This document shows, piece by piece, positions 61,433-64,000 of a DNA stretch of 64,000 nucleotides (within the stretch, counting starts at the first letter, position 1; the number at the start of each line of letters is the position of its first letter). A program made the position numbers and the translations under genes. The stretch spans positions 26,800 to 90,799 of the forward strand of contig CAWKMK010000006.1 in the NCBI GenBank assembly GCA_963850735.1, in the 5' to 3' direction. Source of the DNA: an uncultured Actinomycetes bacterium (GTDB taxonomy: Bacteria > Actinomycetota > Thermoleophilia > Solirubrobacterales > 70-9). The notes beneath the pieces were generated by a model, which was given only the letters and a program-made list of their open reading frames with translations, ran no database searches and was not told the origin of the DNA.

Positions 61433-64000
61433 CTACTTGACCCGGACCTGCTGCGCGGTGCTGCAGCTGAGCGGGTAGCGACGGTTGCGCGGGTCGCCGG
61501 AGTAGCCGACGCTGAGGCGGTAGATCCCCGGCTTGGTCGCCAGGTATCGGGCCAGCGAGAAGGTGCCGTTTCGCTTCACCGTGACTTTGCCGCCGAACTT
61601 CGGCTTGCGGCGGCAGCTCTTGTCGCCCGGCCCGTAGAGGCGGAAGCTGATCGAGCCAGAAGGGGAGACGCTGCCGGAGAGGTGGGCGCGGATCGAGATC
61701 TGCCTGCCGACGAGGACGGCGCGCGGCTTCACGCTGGGGGATCGCTTCAGCACCTGGACCACCTGGCTGGGCGAGTCGCAGGGCTCGGAGGCACCCTGGT
61801 TCTCGGCATCGCCCGAGTAGCTGACCGCGAAGCTGTAGCGGCCGGGCCGCAGGGCGACGAAGGGGTCCGAGTTGACGGTGCCGTTGCCCTTGACCCCGAC
61901 GATGTTGACGAAGGCGGGCCCGGTGCAGCCGCTGGCGACCGGGCCGTAGATGCGGAAAGTGACCGTTCCGTTCGGGGCGAAGCCGCCTTTCAGGGTCGCC
62001 GCGTCGCTGAAGGGGGTGCCGACGGTGATCTGCTGCGGGACCACGCCGGCGATCGAGGGCTTGGCCTGGGAGATCGACGAAGCCGCTTTCCCGCAGGCGA
62101 CCGAGGCGGGGTCGTGGTTGGCGTCGCCCGAGTAGGCGACGGTCCAGCGGAAGGTGCCGACCCGGTTGGGCTCGAAGGCGTCAGAGCGGTAGCTGCCGTT
62201 GCCCGCGACTTTGACGGTCGAGCTGAACACCGGGGCGCCGGAGCAGGCGGTGTCGTTGGGCGGGAAAGCAGTGAAGACGAGTTGCCCCGTCGGGGTCGCG
62301 CCTTCGGAGATGATCGCGGTGGCGGCGACGGAAGCCCCGACCGTGCCCCCGGCGGCGCCGGCCGTCAGGGTCACGGCGATCGTCCCCACAGCGGAGTTTT
62401 GCCCGCTCGCGTTGCAGGCCAGCCCGGCCGTCTCGTTGTTGCCGTCGCCTTCGTATTCGGCCGTCCACCGATACACCCCCGGTCCCGGGGCAAAGCCGGC
62501 GGGGGAGTAGGAGCCGTTGCCTTTGTTGACGGCAACCGTGGCTTCGTAGGCGGGGGTCGTCCCGCAGGTCGCATCGCCCGGGCCGTAGGCGCGGAAGGCA
62601 ATCTGCCCCCCGGGCGAGAAGCCGCCGCTGAGGCTCACCTGGTCGGTGATCGTGCCGCCGACGACCACGGTCGAGGTCGCCGACCCCGTCAGACCGGGCG
62701 ATGCCTTGGCGACGGTCGAGGTCTGGTTGGCGGAGTTGCACGGCAGTTCGGCCGCTTCGTTGTCGGCGTCGCCCGGGTAGCTCGCTTTCCAGCGGAATTC
62801 GCCGGCCTGGGTCGAGGCGAAATCGCCTGAGGTCGCTTTGCCGCCGGAGATCGGCACGGTGGTCGTTTCCAGGACCGTCGTACAGGTCGTGTCTTCGGGC
62901 GCGTAGACGCGGAAGGTCACTTCGCCGCTCGGCGAGGAGCCTCCCGTCACCGTCACCGTGTCGTGGATGTCGGCGCCGACCACGCCTGAGCTGGCGCCGC
63001 CGGTCAGCCCGGGGGTCGCTTTGGTGACGGTGGAGCTCTGCCCGCCGGCGTTGCACGCCAGGCCGACCGTCTCGTTGTTGCCGTCGCCTTCGTATTCGGC
63101 CGTCCACCGATACACCCCCGGTCCCGGGGCAAAGCCGGCGGGGGAGTAGGAGCCGTTGCCTTTGTTGACGGCGACCGTGGCTTCGTAGGCGGGGGTCGTC
63201 CCGCAGGTCGCATCGCCCGGGCCGTAGGCGCGGAAGGCAATCTGCCCCCCGGGCGAGAAGCCGCCGCTGAGGCTCACCTGGTCGGTGATCGTGCCGCCGA
63301 CGACCACGGTCGAGGTCGCAGCCCCCGTCATACCCGGCGAGGCTTTGGCGACGGTGGAGGTCTGCCCGCCGGCTTCGCAGCCGAGCAGGAACGGTTCGTT
63401 GTCGGCGTCGCCTTCGTAGCCGGCCGACCAGCGGAATTCCCCGGCCCCCTGCGGAGTGAAGTCTTCGGAGACGGCTTCGTCGCCGGCGACCGTCGCGGTG
63501 CTCGTGTCCAGCGGCGTTTCGCAGGCGGTGTCGTTCGGTCCGTAGACCGAGAAGACCACTTCGCCACCGGGGGAGAAGCCGCCGCTCAGCGTCACTTCGT
63601 CGTGGATGGTTTCGCCGAGGGTGCCTGAGCTGGCGCTGCCGGTCATTTCCGGGCTCGCCTTGGCGACGTCGGAGGTGGCGCCGCAGACCGCTTCGGCCGG
63701 TTCGTTTCCGTTTTCGTCGCCCGAGTAGCGCGCCGTCCAGTAGTAAGGGCCGGCGGTGGGCGGTTCGAAGTCTTCGGAGAGGTACTGGCCTTCGCCGTTG
63801 ACCGCGGCCGAGCTCTGCGCCAGCGCCGTCCCGGTGCAGGTCGGGTCGTCGGCCCCGAAGACTTCGAAGCTGATTTCTCCTTCGGCGCCCGGGCTTTCGG
63901 AGAGTTCCGCAGTTGCGTGGATGGTCCCGCCGATTTCCGCGTCGCTGCCTTCGACGACGAGGTTCGGTGGGGCGGCCGGGGCGCTGACGGAGATGAGGAG
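61433..64000 (-). CDS. Very large Ig-like-domain repeat protein, 5' end outside window
   Basis: The minus-strand frame is open from the window edge (64000) to the stop at 61433; the listed ORF 61433..63646 only starts at an internal Met. It contains at least 9 tandem repeat units, each with C...Y-R-W-x-A-x-Y-x-G-D-x-N....C. Confidence 0.8.
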   Translation of the reverse strand, partial: LLISVSAPAAPPNLVVEGSDAEIGGTIHATAELSESPGAEGEISFEVFGADDPTCTGTALAQSSAAVNGEGQYLSEDFEPPTAGPYYWTARYSGDENGNEPAEAVCGATSDVAKASPEMTGSASSGTLGETIHDEVTLSGGFSPGGEVVFSVYGPNDTACETPLDTSTATVAGDEAVSEDFTPQGAGEFRWSAGYEGDADNEPFLLGCEAGGQTSTVAKASPGMTGAATSTVVVGGTITDQVSLSGGFSPGGQIAFRAYGPGDATCGTTPAYEATVAVNKGNGSYSPAGFAPGPGVYRWTAEYEGDGNNETVGLACNAGGQSSTVTKATPGLTGGASSGVVGADIHDTVTVTGGSSPSGEVTFRVYAPEDTTCTTVLETTTVPISGGKATSGDFASTQAGEFRWKASYPGDADNEAAELPCNSANQTSTVAKASPGLTGSATSTVVVGGTITDQVSLSGGFSPGGQIAFRAYGPGDATCGTTPAYEATVAVNKGNGSYSPAGFAPGPGVYRWTAEYEGDGNNETAGLACNASGQNSAVGTIAVTLTAGAAGGTVGASVAATAIISEGATPTGQLVFTAFPPNDTACSGAPVFSSTVKVAGNGSYRSDAFEPNRVGTFRWTVAYSGDANHDPASVACGKAASSISQAKPSIAGVVPQQITVGTPFSDAATLKGGFAPNGTVTFRIYGPVASGCTGPAFVNIVGVKGNGTVNSDPFVALRPGRYSFAVSYSGDAENQGASEPCDSPSQVVQVLKRSPSVKPRAVLVGRQISIRAHLSGSVSPSGSISFRLYGPGDKSCRRKPKFGGKVTVKRNGTFSLARYLATKPGIYRLSVGYSGDPRNRRYPLSCSTAQQVRVK
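62428..62680. repeat. 253-bp near-identical direct repeat, copy 1 (inside the Ig-repeat gene)
   Basis: Identical to 63067-63319 except one base (62534 A vs G). The offset is exactly 639 bp (213 codons). Confidence 0.9.
63067..63319. repeat. 253-bp near-identical direct repeat, copy 2
   Basis: See copy 1 at 62428-62680. Confidence 0.9.

Noticed and set aside
62428-63319. Near-identical 253-bp repeats as template/variable repeats of a diversity-generating retroelement
   Set aside because: No reverse transcriptase or accessory gene is in the window. The single difference is not adenine-specific mutagenesis of a variable region, and both copies are ordinary in-frame Ig-like domains of one gene.

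Overview
This is a 64-kb segment of a very GC-rich bacterial chromosome. Gene content looks like a high-GC Actinomycetota lineage, possibly Thermoleophilia or Rubrobacteria-like, but that is inference only. I found no rRNA, tRNA, CRISPR array, integrase or transposase. Most genes are housekeeping: two CaCA cation exchangers, bcp, an acyl-CoA dehydrogenase, typA, cspA, recD2, rlmN, a P450, type III glutamine synthetase, a fadB-like fusion, a sirtuin, two amt genes plus glnK, tilS-hpt-ftsH-folP-folB-folK, and a multi-domain cell-wall hydrolase. Four stretches are visibly AT-richer and stand out. (1) 1907-5747 carries a Cap4/DUF4297-like nuclease, a P-loop NTPase and an ~800-aa helical tail. It reads as one ~1280-aa protein split by a single frameshift, which is the architecture of an antiviral STAND (Avs-like) defence protein. 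(2) 19599-21275 is a Pol-beta-type nucleotidyltransferase plus a TIM-barrel gene pair. (3) 23895-24347 encodes a tail-anchored protein built from 54-bp tandem repeats. (4) 39.4-48.3 kb is an intact four-gene module of secreted proteins: a small paralog, a 1342-aa beta-propeller protein, an 895-aa protein and a second small paralog. It is bracketed by a diverged ~1.1-kb direct duplication that includes a decayed copy of the 3' end of the neighbouring HAD gene. A major caveat is that many essential genes (typA, glnN, fadB, amt x2, tilS, ftsH and others) are broken by multiple frameshifts, clustered in blocks. This most likely reflects indel errors in the assembly rather than biology. Long antisense or alternative-frame ORFs in the ORF track are GC artefacts.
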